DNA of 63,989 nucleotides, the filler included, from Licmophora abbreviata (Eukaryota): assembly GCA_900291995.1 (NCBI GenBank). It is 24 parts of 24 records of this genome, joined end to end, with 100 filler letters (N's around TTAATTAATTAA, not from the genome) between each part and the next. Parts side by side here need not be neighbours in the genome. Positions count along the whole stretch, not along the records: positions 46,032 to 49,058 come from OLMU01005894.1; positions 49,159 to 58,970 come from OLMU01005896.1; positions 59,071 to 60,518 come from OLMU01005898.1; 21 more parts are not named here. The stretch is one strand, 5' to 3'. Below are positions 46,442-59,929 of the stretch, one piece after another. The position numbers and the translations under genes were made by a program. Position 1 is the first letter of the stretch. Each line of letters opens with the position of its first letter. The notes under the pieces were generated by a model. That model saw only the letters and a list, made by a program, of their open reading frames with translations, was not told the origin of the DNA and searched no databases.

Positions 46442-47688
46442 CTAGGGCATGTCATCATTCGACGGTGGGAGTTGTTTTCCTGCGTTGACCCATCGACGGC
46501 CGGCACCAAAGTTGAGCTCCGACATCAGTACATCGACTCGAATGTTCTGCCCGGGAAATCCCTCCACGCCAAATGAATCCAAAAAGGATTTTGAAAGCTC
46601 CGATAAGCCCTTGAAAAAGAAAGTCAGCAGACCTGTCGCCGGAATGGCCAGCCACTCCGATCCTGGGAGTTCCGCATACACCGCCGCGGGGGCCAAGAGG
46701 ATGAGCGTGTCAACCAGAACCTGTACAAGCTGCACATATGCCAGCGGCATTCGACCCGCTGAGCAATCGTTTATCTTTCCGTAAGCACCTCGTAAGCTGC
46801 ACAGCCGATCCATGAGATTCCCCTCGACGCCATGTCGCTCCATCAAGGTGGCGTCACGGAGCCCTTTTACGGCACGGAGTCCGACCCACTCTAGCAAAAC
46901 ATAGTGGTATTGGGAGGGAGGTAGACTTGATGCGCGCAAAGCTTCAACCTCTGCTCCAGTCAGCTGATTTGCGGCCTTCAAACCTTCTAGACCCTCGTCG
47001 CTGAGTAGTATTGGTCCAATTGGGTGATCTTTCTCCAGTTCACCATAGTTTGCAATTCCCTACACGAAGTGTCATGAAGAAGAAGAACGAGATTGAGAAA
47101 AGGATACACTCAATCAGTCAGATCCCTCATTTAACTTACATTTGACGCGGTAGGAATGTGAGCCCAGAAGAAGGTATGACTGATCTTAAGGAGCCGTGTA
47201 CAGTTGCTCAGAAGAGCAGTGGCCTGGACTGTGTACGTGTAGCCCGACTCCTTTCTGGCTGCCAAGAGGGTCAGGAGAAAGCATAGATCATTGATCCGCC
47301 CCTGAATAATATCTCGACAGGCCATGTAAACCTTTTGACGATGCATGTAGGCTTCAGAGGTGAAGAATGATAGCACAAAGGTTGTGAACGTAAGCTGGTA
47401 TTCAAAGACTCGCTTGACACCGCCGAGCTCCCAGCTGTCGTCGACGAAACCTACAATGGTCGCCGCCACTAGCATGTTGAAGATCACAGTTTTCGCAGAT
47501 ATCTTGAGCACAGTTCCATCCCACCGAGTCCACAGCCACCAAGCATCAGGCTTGTATTCGCGAAAGATCGGCCGATTCGCGTCTTCGGCCGCTGTCCAAT
47601 CCGTCAGCCGATTTAAATGCCCCCTTTCCCATCCAGGAGTGCTTGGGGCTCCCTCATATGCGGCTTTGGGTACCAAGAGAGCGTTCAT
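46442..47688 (-). CDS. Bestrophin-like (RFP-TM) anion channel; intron 47139-47060
   Basis: LTFTTFVLSFFTSEAY, IQGRINDL, RMPLAYVQLVQVLVD and FFKGLSELSKSFLDSFG motifs. Confidence 0.82.
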
Positions 47689-48125
47689 CGTGGAGCCGTG
47701 AGCGATAATAGGATCGAAAGATCAGCAATACAAGGTCGCCAACTTCCTCAAATGTTGGATGAATGAGACACCCCAACACCCACATCTAATCGTCGCAACG
47801 AAAGCGTCAACAAAGCTTCGTTTCGAATTGGGTCCTTCCAATTTTTTTTGCAAATTTGTAAATTGTAAATTGTACTAGTAGACGCCGGCCAGACTTCTCA
47901 AGTTTTCGTCAATCCGGATCGGCGGGCGCGAGAATTTCTGCACAATACAGACATTAATAGTATATAATATATCATGACATTTCGACCAGATATTCGTTTC
48001 CCGCTCCCGCAACTAAACAACAGAAACATTGCATCACAACGACGCGACTAGACTATTCTCATCGCCTCGACTCACCCCCCCCCCCCCTCAATCGTAGTAA
48101 GAAGATCTGTGATCACCACAGCACG

Positions 48126-49058
48126 ATGATAGTGCTGATGACCAAAACGAAGGATATTCGTAGCCCTCCTCGCCGCAGTTCTGGTCTTTGGACTCAGTTT
48201 ATGGCAGGCGTCCTTGTGTACACTTTCATTTCGATTGCATCCATCTGTCAAAAATCAATGTTGGAACGATACGACGACAGCGGCACCTTTTCTCAGATTC
48301 TACGATCCTCTGGAGTGAGCATGATGCTCATGTATCCATGGGAAGATGAATCCACTTTTGATACTTGCAAGTATGAAGGACACTGTGAGGTTGGATTTAC
48401 ATGTGTCATGGGCGCAGACTCTTCGCAAGGCGGCATCTGTCGGCCCTACCAAGACAAATGGGCGTCGTCGATTCCATTCCAAGGCGAACACATCGACGCC
48501 TGCGTTCAACATTGTCTGCACGACGTAATTTGGAACGAGCAGTTCTATTGGGAGGCATCCCCGAATGTCACTCTGGCAGAGCATGCAGTGTACGACGACC
48601 GCCGGCGACCACCGGGGTGTCTGGTTCGCTATAATCGTAAACTGGATCATAAGTGGACTAACTTCTCATTGGAGCAGTGGCAAAACGAGACAAAGGACAA
48701 GCGTATTGTACGAGTCGATCCGGTGGGCGATGCTGTCGCGAGCGCGCACGAGCAGGAGTGGGTGTCGTTTTGCTATGCACCGTGCGACACAGATGCCGAC
48801 TGTGGGGCGTCGGATGCTTTCACATGTGTGAATACAACTTGTCGGAGACGGACAAGCTACTGGAATCGCACCACGAATCCCAATCAAGCCGAGATGGTGG
48901 TAGTATCTGGCACTTCTCAGGGATATTTCTATGGCTTGAAGAATCTCGCAGGAAGCGTTCAGCACTGGGCTCCGAATCACCGCCTGGTCGTCTACAACCT
49001 GGGCATGTCTCCGCAGCAGCTAGCCGAGGTTGAATCCTGGGACATTGTGCTCGACGTG
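48126..49058 (+). CDS. Paralogue (copy 2) of the Cys-rich/DUF1647-like type II membrane protein, 3' end in gap
   Basis: Colinear with 45020-45931: CKYEGHC, EQFYWEASPN, RIVRVDPVG, QAEMVVVSG and GLKNLAGSV. Confidence 0.78.
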
Positions 49059-49266
49059 NNNNNNNNNNNNNNNNNNNNNNNNNNNNNNNNNNNNNNNNNN
49101 NNTTAATTAATTAANNNNNNNNNNNNNNNNNNNNNNNNNNNNNNNNNNNNNNNNNNNNAATCGATCTGGCACATTGAACATTGCTCCTGGCCAAGGACAG
49201 AGGCGCTGTATATTGAATATCTTCCTGTCTCTCTTGCTCTTCACTTCTGCGCTTCGTACAGTCATC

Positions 49267-50176
49267 ATGGGAGACTCTGCTTACTCGTTTTCGCTGACGA
49301 CGTTCTCTCGCACGGGCAAACTGCTGCAGATTGAGTACGCCTTGAACGCCGTAGCCAATGGACGGACCTCGCTCGGTATCTGCACCAAGGACGGCGTCGT
49401 GATTGCCACCGACAAGAAGCTTGCCAGCAGCCTAGTCGACGTCGATCATGTCAGCAAGGTCGAACAGGTCACGCCCACTACGGGATTCGTGTACAGTGGC
49501 GTCGGACCAGATTATCGAGTTTTGGGTGAGTACAAGAAGTGTGGTATGAAACATGTGGTATGAAACATGAAACGACGGTGTCGGGAGACACACGACGACG
49601 AAGCGAGACGTGACGTGACGTGCTGCACTAGAGCACACTGGACTCACCACTGCATCGGTTGCTCTATCCTGTCTATCGTCACTTGTGAAACTTTTGCTGA
49701 CTTCCCTCTCTTTTGCTCTGTTCGCAGTCCGCAAGGCGCGCAAGAGTTCGCAAGCCTACAAGCGTCACTACGGCGACGTGCAGCCCATCTCGCAGCTCGT
49801 CAAGCAGACTGCCGGGGTCATGCAGGAGTACACTCAAAGCGGCGGCGTCCGTCCCTTTGGTATCAGCGTACTAGTGGCGGGTACCGACGGAGACGGCTCG
49901 ACTGGTTTGTATCAAGTTGACCCCAGCGGTGCCTATTTTGCATGGAAGGCCACTGCCATTGGCAAGAATTATGTCAATGCCAAGAACTTTCTGGAGAAGC
50001 GTTATTCGGAAGATATGGAGCTGGAGGATGCAATTCACACGGCGCTTTTGACACTTCGGGAGGGATTTGAAGGTGAAATGGACGCGCACAACATTGAGGT
50101 AGGTGTCGTGCGGAATGGCAGCTTTGGTGTCCTGACGCCCGAACAGATTCAAGATTATCTTGACGAAGCGAACTAG
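49267..50176 (+). CDS. PSMA2: 20S proteasome subunit alpha type 2; intron 49526-49727
   Basis: [35 protein letters not shown] and [25 protein letters not shown] motifs. Confidence 0.97.
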
Positions 50177-50420
50177 AGATGGACACAGAAGAGCATTATA
50201 AATAGTCGAGTAGGAAGTATGGACTTCACGAGTAGAAAAGACCTCAACCGAGAATATGACTACTAGTAGTAGACTACTCGTCGTCGTCGTACTCGTACAC
50301 GGACTATAATTTAATCATGGATCGATCGCCAAGTGTACCCATTGATACACCATTGGCGTCTACCACGACAAGCCTTATACCAGTATAGCCGCCGCCATCG
50401 CTCTCAACCCCCCACTTCTT

Positions 50421-51400
50421 CTACTTGCACGACCCTGATCCAAGCATGGGCGGAAGATTTGTTTCTTGGTCATCTCGAAATTCCCTTGGAAACTGACTCG
50501 CCTCGGCCAAGACCGACAATGGCACTTCGCCCGCCGTCACCTGCTTGGGTTTGAATTTCCAAGTGGGAAAGCCATCAATATCATTCTTATTGCAAAGTTT
50601 CACGTTGGCATTGTACCCTTTCGGGGCACATTCGACGTAGTTAATATAGTTCCATGCTTCCTGACCAAACAATTCCTTTTGTCTCGCACAATGGGGACAC
50701 CAGTAGGCACCGTACATGACGACACCCGTCTGTGGCGAGCGGGCGGAGAGGTTGTAAGAATGAGGTCTATTCTGCAAACGATTTCACACATGTACAGGCG
50801 CGTATTCACCTTTTGAAGATGCTGAGCGAGTTCCACGGCCTGTGGACTAGACTCTCTCTGAACTCGTTTCGGAACGTTCACTGTTTCTCCTTTAGAATTG
50901 GTCACGGGAAAGTATCCGAGCTCTTCGGCAATGATGGAAATAGGAGGAGCGGCTTGTGCGTCCTGTACTGTAGCGTATGGTAATGATACAGTGGAAAGTA
51001 GTAGCGGGAGCTTTAGCAAGTGACGTCGTGAGAGTGATGGCAACACGGTAGAGTCGGAGGGAGTCGCACAAACGAAATCTTGCTTGAAATCTCCTAGGGC
51101 GTCTGGATCCTGCAATGGTGACTCATCCATATCATTATTCTGTAAGAAAGATGACCCATGTAGCTGTGCTAAGCCAAATCTTGGAGCGGAAGCCTCGAAC
51201 GAACGCGTCTTCGAAGGATCTCGTCGACTACTAGTGTGAAGCAGCAGCGATTCGGAAGGACCCCGTTGTGATCGATAGGAAGGTCCTGAGCAACCAATCG
51301 AACTCCAAACAGGTGATACAGATGGAAAGGATTCTACCTGTGAGGTCAAGAATGCGGACCCCGCCAAACAGAGCGCAAAAATGAGACGGAGATAAGCCAT
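50421..51400 (-). CDS. Thylakoid-lumen thioredoxin-like protein (VKOR/LTO1-associated Trx-type domain); intron 50809-50730
   Basis: Signal peptide with VESFP; Tat motif SRRHLL and AQA cleavage site; MYGAYWCPHCARQKELFG...YVEC...IDGFPTW. Confidence 0.85.
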
Positions 51401-51724
51401 GGTGGGTGGTCGGTCGAGCTGATGATGGATGTGTGTCTTTCGATCTCTTGTGAAGTGAGCGCGCGGAGCAGAGCTCACACAAAGTATCAGCCACGTCACG
51501 ATGACATTTCGTGCCGAACACCTATGCGCGCCTGCAAGCTTATTGGCGGGAAGGACCCAAAGTTCAAAGTTCACAGGCAAGTTCAAAGTCTGAAATTGTT
51601 TCGCCGACCATGACTGGAGGTCACCATACCATAGTTCTATACTCATCGTCGCCCTTCTCTGCCCTTTTGTGACTACTTCTCCACTCCCTTTCATATTCAG
51701 AAGCGTCTTCTGCTTCTTTCAAAC

Positions 51725-54700
51725 ATGACAGCGTCGTCGTATGACTCAATCCGCTCGTCCGTCGACGAGTCTCACAACACGGCACAGCGCGTCGAGGTCA
51801 ACCAGCGGTATGTTTTTTTTGTGGGAGTGAAAATGATTTTTCAAGGATCTTCTGCACGCGAGTGCAAACCTGAGAAGGTTGTCATTCATTTGTACTCACA
51901 AAGCACCGAATTTTGTGATTTTTTCTCAAACAGAGCCCTCATTGACAAGATTCTGGCCCGATATGCCAGTGCAGGTGCCGTGTATCGTGAGTTGCTCCAA
52001 AACTCCAATGATGCCGAAAGCAGTGCTGCAGAGATTCGCTTCAGTACCGGAAGCGATACTACTACTACTGCTAGCAATACTGTGACACAGGTCGTTTACA
52101 AGAACAACGGATTTCCGTTCCGAAAGCAGGATTGGAAGCGTTTGACCAAAATTGCGGAAGGCAATCCCGATGAAAAGAAGGTCGGTGCGTTCGGCGTGGG
52201 TGCATATTCCATGTTTAGCATCAGTGAAGAACCGCTGATCATTTCGGGTACGACGGCATTGGCGTTTGTGTGGAAAGGCGATTCGTTGTGGACCCAGACG
52301 ACCAACGTCAAGGATCGGAGCGGTAGTGAATGGACGACCTTTGTTTTGCCGTCGCGGGATCCCTATCAGCTTCCTGATCTGGTGGAGTTCGGTGAGTTTC
52401 TCTGTGCAAACTTGACTTTTACACAAGCCTTGAATACGGTAAAGGTGTATGTTAATGACGTGGAGCGACTGAGCATTTCCAAGTCCATGGTGCGACCTCC
52501 GGCAGTCGTGACGCCGCCCAAGTCCTCCTCGTGGTTCAAGAACGACGGTGCGGTGACGCAGACTCCTAATGGACTCTTTACGTTACAGTCTAAGGGTATT
52601 CTTGAATCGATCCAGCAGGTGAGAGTCATATTGGATGGAGACAAATCGACCATTCGGGCGCGATATGTGTCGGGAACTGCCAAGACGAAGATTCCTTCCG
52701 ACATGGTGAAACGAATGGAGCGAGTGACCAAGAAGAAGCCTCCGGGAGAGGTTACCTTGCAACTTTTTCTGAACGCACATCAGGATGAGGACACTGAAAC
52801 ATCACAGAAGAAAAACAAAGCATGGAAGATAACACAGTCGTTTCGTCCGCAAATGGGAATGGGGCGCGTCTTTATTGGATTTCGAACGTCGCAGACGACG
52901 GGTCTGGCAGCGCATCTGGCGGCTCCGCTCGTTCCCACAGTAGAACGTGAAGCCATTGATCTGCAGGAACCAACTCTGAAACTCTTCAATGTTGAGCTGC
53001 TAGAATTTGGTGGTATTCTACTTCGGCTTGCGCTTGAACACAGCATGGGAATGATCGGTCAGGAGTGGATTGAGAACCAAGCGGAGCGAGATGCTTTGGA
53101 ACAGAAGCTACTCGAGGAATCGGTCATTGATCAGTCCGGCTCTGGAACTTTGGAGACGTCCGAAGGCGGAAAGACACAAAATCGAGACGAAGAGGTGCCA
53201 ACCACAGACAGCAGTGACGCCAAATCGAGCGGCTCGTCTTCGATCTTGAGCTTTGCCAAGTACATGGCCAAAGGAGTGAAGAAGTCTATCGTCAGCGTGA
53301 TCAACACAGTCGACACGATCGTTGACGATGGCAGCGCGGAGCTCCTAAACCCAAGAGACCCTCGAGCTCTGTCATCTGAAGAAAAGCATGCTATTCTGCT
53401 AATGCGTTCCTTCTGCCCCCAGCAGTCTACACCTGACCATCTCGTCGGTACAGCGCTCGCCCGAGGGTTCTCACGGTGCCTGTCCAATGTGACGCCTCCC
53501 GTGTTGACTCGATCGGGAATGATGCGAGGGACGGATGCGCGCTTGCCCAATAAGGGTATGGAGTTTTTCTGCCAGGACAATGTCGTCCGAAAAGTCATGT
53601 ATAAGGTACGACATGTTTGTATGCTTATTCGCAAACGAACTGCGTAAACACAGACTCACAACTTCTCTCTGATTGATACAAAGAACGCTGAAGAGTATCA
53701 TGATGTGATTGCACGGTGCCGCAAACTTCATATCGACGACGTGGCTGGGCTATTGGGAAATCAGATCCTGGACGAAGAGAAAGTCGTTCGTTTCTTGAAA
53801 TGGTGGACGAAGTACAGCCGAATCGATCCCCGGGTGGTATCACGAAGTCAATCTTTGAAAGAGAGTATTCGCTATTTACCTGAAACGATCGACGATGTAG
53901 CAGAAGTGCAACACTTGAAGGACCGTTTCTATTATCAAGAAATGAAAGTTCTATCGACTGATCTACCCATGCCCAAGTCTGTTGTCGAAAAGGGTATACA
54001 AGAAGGTGTCTCCGAGAGAACGCTCTCAGACGTGTCGCTCAAGTCTTGGTTTAGTCCAATTTCTGTCGAAGTCTGGGCGCGATTCATTGGTAAGCATCCC
54101 TGTATGACGGCTGGGCAGCCTGAAGACGAGAAACTGCGAGTGACGGTGCTCTCGATTCTCTGCAAGGAGTATAGGCGCCGGTCCATGACCGAAAAAGTCC
54201 TGTTTGCTAGTGCTGTGAAGAACATACTCGGTGACAAGAGATGTATACCTTTCGACTCGCAGGAGCCGACTCAATTCGCTGCTGAGTTTCCATCGGACCT
54301 CTACCTGAATTCCGCGGAGCTCAATGCGTTTGAAGGAATCGGGGCGTTCCACAAAGTATCTGAGTCTTTGAGGGATGCAGGGGTGACGGACGAATTTTTG
54401 ATTGCTCTGGGGGTGCGCAAGAGCGTCGCGATTGAGTTCTTGTTTGCTAACCTCGACACTCTTCGGTGGAAAGAAGACCCCAGGCCTCTAATCGAATATC
54501 TACGATCTGCCCTCTTGACGCCAGGAGATCTTCAGATGTTACGGACCACACAGTACTTGCCAGCTGAGAACGATATCACACGTGCATTCGCTCCGTCAGA
54601 GTTGTACCTACCAAATCCCGACCTGCGCGTCTTTCCCTTCGTCAATATTCTGCAGTGGCCATCGGACGATGAGCCCACGGAAAGATCTGCAAACGGCAAG

Positions 54701-57460
54701 TTCATGGTCAAGCTGGGGTGTAAATTGCATCCGCCTTTGGGTGCCTTACTTCAGTATATTTCGGATGATGTGAAGGATGATCATGTCAGGAACAAGTGTC
54801 TTGTGTATGTTGTCAAGAAACTTGGACCGGACGGCGCTTATACTTCGGAGTATGCGAAGTTGCGCTCGTCCCGTGTCCTGACGAAGTATCGCTTTCTGCC
54901 GTGCGCGAGACAGGACGTCCTTACCAGCGAGGATCAGATGCGAGAAATACAGTCGCCTCTATCCTGTTACTCCGATACTGCCTGCCTGGTGATGGGGTTT
55001 TCAGCCATCGACCCTGCACTGGACAAGAAGAGTGGAAGTATGCTTGGTAGCCGGTTTCAGTGCGACCAAGATCCTGATCCCGACACTCTGTTGCAGCAAC
55101 TTGATCACCTGGTGGCGACCGCCAAGTCGAGGCTGGACACGTCGACCGATGAGGAGAAAAGGAAAAAGCTACGCCAGCGTGTCTTACATGCATTCCATGA
55201 CATATTCAAGTATTTGTCAGCCCGAAGCGCAGAGTTCACTGCCCGACAGTTGAAGTCGTTGAAGACTAATGCATTTATTCCTGTCCTCGTCGATGGCACG
55301 ATCCGTTGGTGCCAGCCGGACGGAGTTTATTTCAAAAGCTCCAAAGAGAACGAAGACTCGTTGACCGAGTCCCTATTTTGCGTGCTCGAGTTCAACCCGT
55401 TCTTGGCCGCTGCGGGCGTAAGATCGGAAGCAAATACACAGGACCTCTTCAGATTGATGCTCTCATCACCGGAAGAAGTGTTGCGAACGTTGGGTAGCGA
55501 AGTAAAATACCGCGCCCTTCTTCGGCGAATCGCAGCCAACCCCCCATATCGCTTTGTCTCGCCAACGATTCGAAGCGCCCCCTTTCTCTTGGCCTACAAG
55601 ATTGAGACGAGCGAAGATGGCGAAGAAAAGAGCCGTTCCTTGCTTGCAAAGGCTGAGGACATATTTGTCATTGACAATTCGTTCTTTGGAAGAATGTTCC
55701 CCGTGGTTCGCGCTCCCCACGAGTCGGATCTTGAAGATTTTTATGTGAGCCTTGGCTCCTCGTACATCTCGAAGAAAGTCAGTACTCGTTTCGAGGTCTT
55801 TGGTCAACAGCTCCAGAAGACAGCATTGGTGGAGCAGCTATCGGAGCGTATCAACGAACGGAGCCCCCTTCTCGTGTCCCCTACAGTCACTTCTCGCCCC
55901 CTGGTTTCGGATGCGGCTGCTGTGTTAAATGCAGAAAACTTGCAGGTCGTCGAAAGTGACGGACTGAAAGCTGTTTACACACTTGGCAAATCGGTACGGA
56001 ATCAGCGTGTCACGTGCTGCGCAAGATCAGGAGGATCTCGAAAGAACATGCTGTTTGTTACCGAGGACTTTGATTGGTTCGACGTCGGCAACGCGATTGG
56101 CGGGCTAATTCTTCAGCGATGTCAATTGGAGGACGCGTTCTTCATTGGTTCGCTTCTAGAAGCTCCGTTGCAGCAGCTCCGTGCAAGGGGCTTCCCTGTG
56201 GATCGCATTCTTCGACCACCAGAGCCGTTGATTCCAGAACCCGCAACCGTGCCGACGCCGAGCGTTTCAAAAGGCCACGCTTCGAATGGTATCGCAACAC
56301 CCATGTCGATCTCTTCTGGCGCACCCAGTGGGGCATCATCCAGTGCGAACGATGGCTCAGATGGGGGAAGTCCGCCTGGGGAACTGGACGAAGGATTTGA
56401 TACTATTCTCCAGCAGATGTTCCCCGATTGCGAACCAGAGCACATTCAAGCGCTTCTTGGCCCTAATCCTACGCTGGAGGACGTTCGCTCAATTGCGGAG
56501 TCCATGGCGACGGGTGACTATCCCAAGAAGCGAGCCTCGAGTGCTCTCGATGACGACGCTTCAGTAGCGACGCAGAGTACAACCGCCTCTAGCGTTCCAG
56601 AACGTCCTGCTAGTACGCCAAAACAGCCAACTCCACCGGGAGGTGACAAACCGCTCAGTTCGAACAGCAAGCGCAAATTCGGAAAACGTTTGGGAAAAGC
56701 ATTTGGAGGCCTCCGCCCTAGCATGCACGGAGGCGCGACGCCTCCTAGAGTTCGCTCGTCCGGTCACACCGTGGCTCCTCCGTCCTCTGCCTCAAACGAT
56801 GGCCGTCCCGTACCTCCTGAGGCAGACGTATCAAGTCACACGGGGATGGAGCAAATGCTCAAGAACGCCGTCGGCAACTCGGCAAAGGTCAATTCTCGCG
56901 GCGTCAACTCAGCCGAGACAGTCTTGACGTCCGTACCAGAAGGCCTCGATCGTCGTAGCGAGGGATGCGAAATCATTCCTGGACACGCGTTGAAGCCTTT
57001 CCCCGGACAATATCGAAGCGGCAAGACGTTCAATGGAATCCGCGTCTTTTCGGCACGTCACCATCCCGAGTCGGAAGTCTTTCTACAAGAGAACTTTCAC
57101 GCCGTCGATACCTTTGGCGAAGTGCTGAAAGATCTCTGTCATGTGTACGAGTTGAATCTGAGTTCGATTGCCATCTTTCACGATCCGAGCGGAGGAACGA
57201 TTGCCTTCAACGCCAATCGGGCGCTCCATTTCAACATTCGATTCTTTTTCGCGCTCCACTACAGCCAGAATCTACAGACCAGCCGAGAGTGCTATAGCTA
57301 TTGGTATACGACCATGGCACATGAGCTCGCGCACCACTTGGCCAGTGGCCACAACAAGGAGCACGGCTTTTACACCGAGTCCTACATAACGATGTACCTG
57401 CCCAAGCTGGCGACCTTGATGGCAGAGACGGAGTCGAAGGCTCGATCTGGCAGCAAGTAG
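51725..57460 (+). CDS. Large (about 1840 aa) protein: sacsin-like GHKL ATPase, DUF3684-like middle, CUE-like motif and C-terminal HEXXH zincin; introns 51808-51933 and 53606-53683
   Basis: RELLQNSNDA, IAEGNPDEKKVGAFGVGAYS, IFIGFRTSQTTG-like segment, PTVEREAID, LQQMFPD, and TIAFNANRALHFN...HELAHHLASGHNKEH. Confidence 0.88.
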
Positions 57461-57644
57461 GACTTACGATTGGACGTACCGGTCGCGATAGAACGTGGAA
57501 ACACAATTGAAGCCCAGATATTCTAATGACAATTAACACTTTAGCGGATACGACCGTATTGTCGTTCACTGTACTATTAATATCACTTTTCCGACACGTT
57601 TGGACACAGGCACATGCTATTGGCACTCCCTCTAGCCATGATGT

Positions 57645-58856
57645 TTACAGAGCCTTTTTCTTTTTGGGCGTCACCTTGAGGTACCTTCCGATAAAGAACT
57701 TCAAAAAGAGGAAGAGGTAGCTTCCGTACATGACAAAGGCGGCCGTGTTATTTTCCCGCTCAATCTTGCACTCTGGGTCTGTCAAGTAATAGTAGAATCC
57801 AAGCACCGTCACGGTAACACCGACGAGCATTTGACTGATCTGAAAAAGGGTAATGATTTGTGGATTGAACCACTTGGGGCGCCACTTCATGGCCATGAGA
57901 AAGTAGTATCCGTACATGCTGGCATGGACCGAGTAGTTCATGGCGACAAAGAAAATACCAGGAGGCGAGGTTGTGACATATGAATGCCAGCAGTAGAGCA
58001 AGACGGTAATGTGATGGTAGTAGTGCAAAAAGATGAGCGGTTTCTTGTGAATAACAATAAAGAACGTATCGACAAGTTCACTGTCCCGGTAGTAGCAATG
58101 GATAGAGAAATGAGAAGTTGAGCAAGAGGCCGACAAGGGCGGCCCACTGCAGTCCTCCAATGACACCGCTACTTACGGAAACTTGGATATGATAAAGAGT
58201 TGCACCCACAACCCAGTACTTCCCGATCCGTACGTCTCCCTTGGGTCCCGACAGAGATTGTCGCGGATACTCATGGTCGACAGGAGATGAATGAGGTGCG
58301 GCAAGGTCCGTGCCATGCCTATCCAGGAAAATAGAGAAAGTGAAAAGTTCCATACCGCCAAGGTCTTGCGCCACTGCCAAGCCTCTCGGTCCTTCATGTA
58401 CTGCTGTCCCAAGACGATGAACACGCCATACAAGACGACGGTGACGAGGGGGATAATGGTGTAGTCTTTCATCAAATACAGCATCGCCAGAGGCTTGTAG
58501 TCCTTTTCGAATCTACAAGGGGATCAAGGGGGGCCGGAGGAAGCATGGTAACGTGAGTAAGGAGCAGTAGAGCACGAAAGAGCCGTCGTTTCTGGACACT
58601 CCTGGCCGTCATGGTCGTATCGGTCGCCCAGAATTTGAAACCTGAGGACCTTCCGTTTACACCGTGATTTTGAAGGCTAATTATGTCGCACAATGTTTAC
58701 ACATATACAGAGAGTATAAATACCGATACACACGATAGCGAGGGGGCCGTCTACTCACTCAAAATACGTCGTTCCGAGCGTCGGATAGAGGCACGAGAAC
58801 TCATAGAACTGACTGCCATCGGCGTTGACTCGAAGGCAAGAATCGACTGCTGACAT
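57645..58856 (-). CDS. ELO: Second ELO/GNS1 fatty-acid elongase; exons 58856-58759, 58512-58177 and 58080-57645
   Basis: FIISKFP|ELVDT, FLHYYHH and MNYSVHASMYGYY motifs; KKKKAL tail. Confidence 0.93.
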
Positions 58857-59070
58857 GGCGGATAAGTTGATCAATTGGAACTTGGACGGCACACAGGGAG
58901 AGACAGCTCGTGCACCAAGAATGTGTTCTGGAGTGATCGTGTCATTTTGTCCACCGTCGCACCACGCGCANNNNNNNNNNNNNNNNNNNNNNNNNNNNNN
59001 NNNNNNNNNNNNNNTTAATTAATTAANNNNNNNNNNNNNNNNNNNNNNNNNNNNNNNNNNNNNNNNNNNN

Positions 59071-59357
59071 GTATAGAATTCCTGCAGCTCGTCGTCCGGA
59101 AGATCGACGTCCGCATCGTCGCCGTACAAGACACGCGGATCCATAGGACCGTCGCTGGGACTGGCGTTCGATAGTACTACCGACCCCCGACGATCTTCAT
59201 TGTCTTCTGATGTCCAAGCCGCTTCCTGCTGCTGCTGGGGGTGTAGAAGTATCGGGTCGTCGTCAGTAACGGCGCCATCAGTCAAGGAAAGACCGTCGGT
59301 GTCTGTGTTTCGTGCAGTCGGTGTAACGCGACTGTAATAATCTGTCAGCTTGTTCAT
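59071..59357 (-). CDS. 5' fragment of a hypothetical protein with an acidic disordered N-terminus
   Basis: ATG-initiated frame open into the gap; no recognisable domain. Confidence 0.5.
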
Positions 59358-59929
59358 GCTGCGGCTTGGGCTCCATTAGGCATCAGTCTCAAGACAGTAG
59401 TGAGTGAGTTAGCTACAAAGACTCCGAACGCGATTGGAGAGAGAGAGAGAGACGGTGGACAAAAAAGAGATGAGACGGCCCCGCCCTGCGCGCACATTTC
59501 AATTCAAATTGAGGGGTTCGGGAGGCGCGAACAAACAACATTAGAGTCGAATGAGTCGCTAGACCTATTCAATTGAACAGTTCGAAGAGATCGTCGACGC
59601 TGAAAAAAATCGAGAATGATGAGAGTTGCGTCGGATCGGAGATAGTCCAGTCGACTAGACTATCATAACGGAGCGATCAGACTGGTTAGTAAAAAGAAGA
59701 CCAGCATCATATCGACTAAGTAATTTTACATGAAATATAATACGTAACGTGTAGCACAAAAAGGGGCGGTCGTTCGTTCAACTTTGTGGCACGCGGCCGA
59801 GCATGACCGAGACACCCAATGGCACGAAATCGTCGGCAGTCTTATACGTATTCTAGGCAAATTCACAAGACTCCACGAAAACAAAGTACGATCTGCGACA
59901 TGATCGACAACCGCGTGCGACATGCTCGT

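Noticed and set aside
51808..51933. Apparent 42-aa insertion in the GHKL protein (similar read-through in DVR at about 41898-42040)
   Set aside because: In-frame GT-AG introns read through by the ORF finder.
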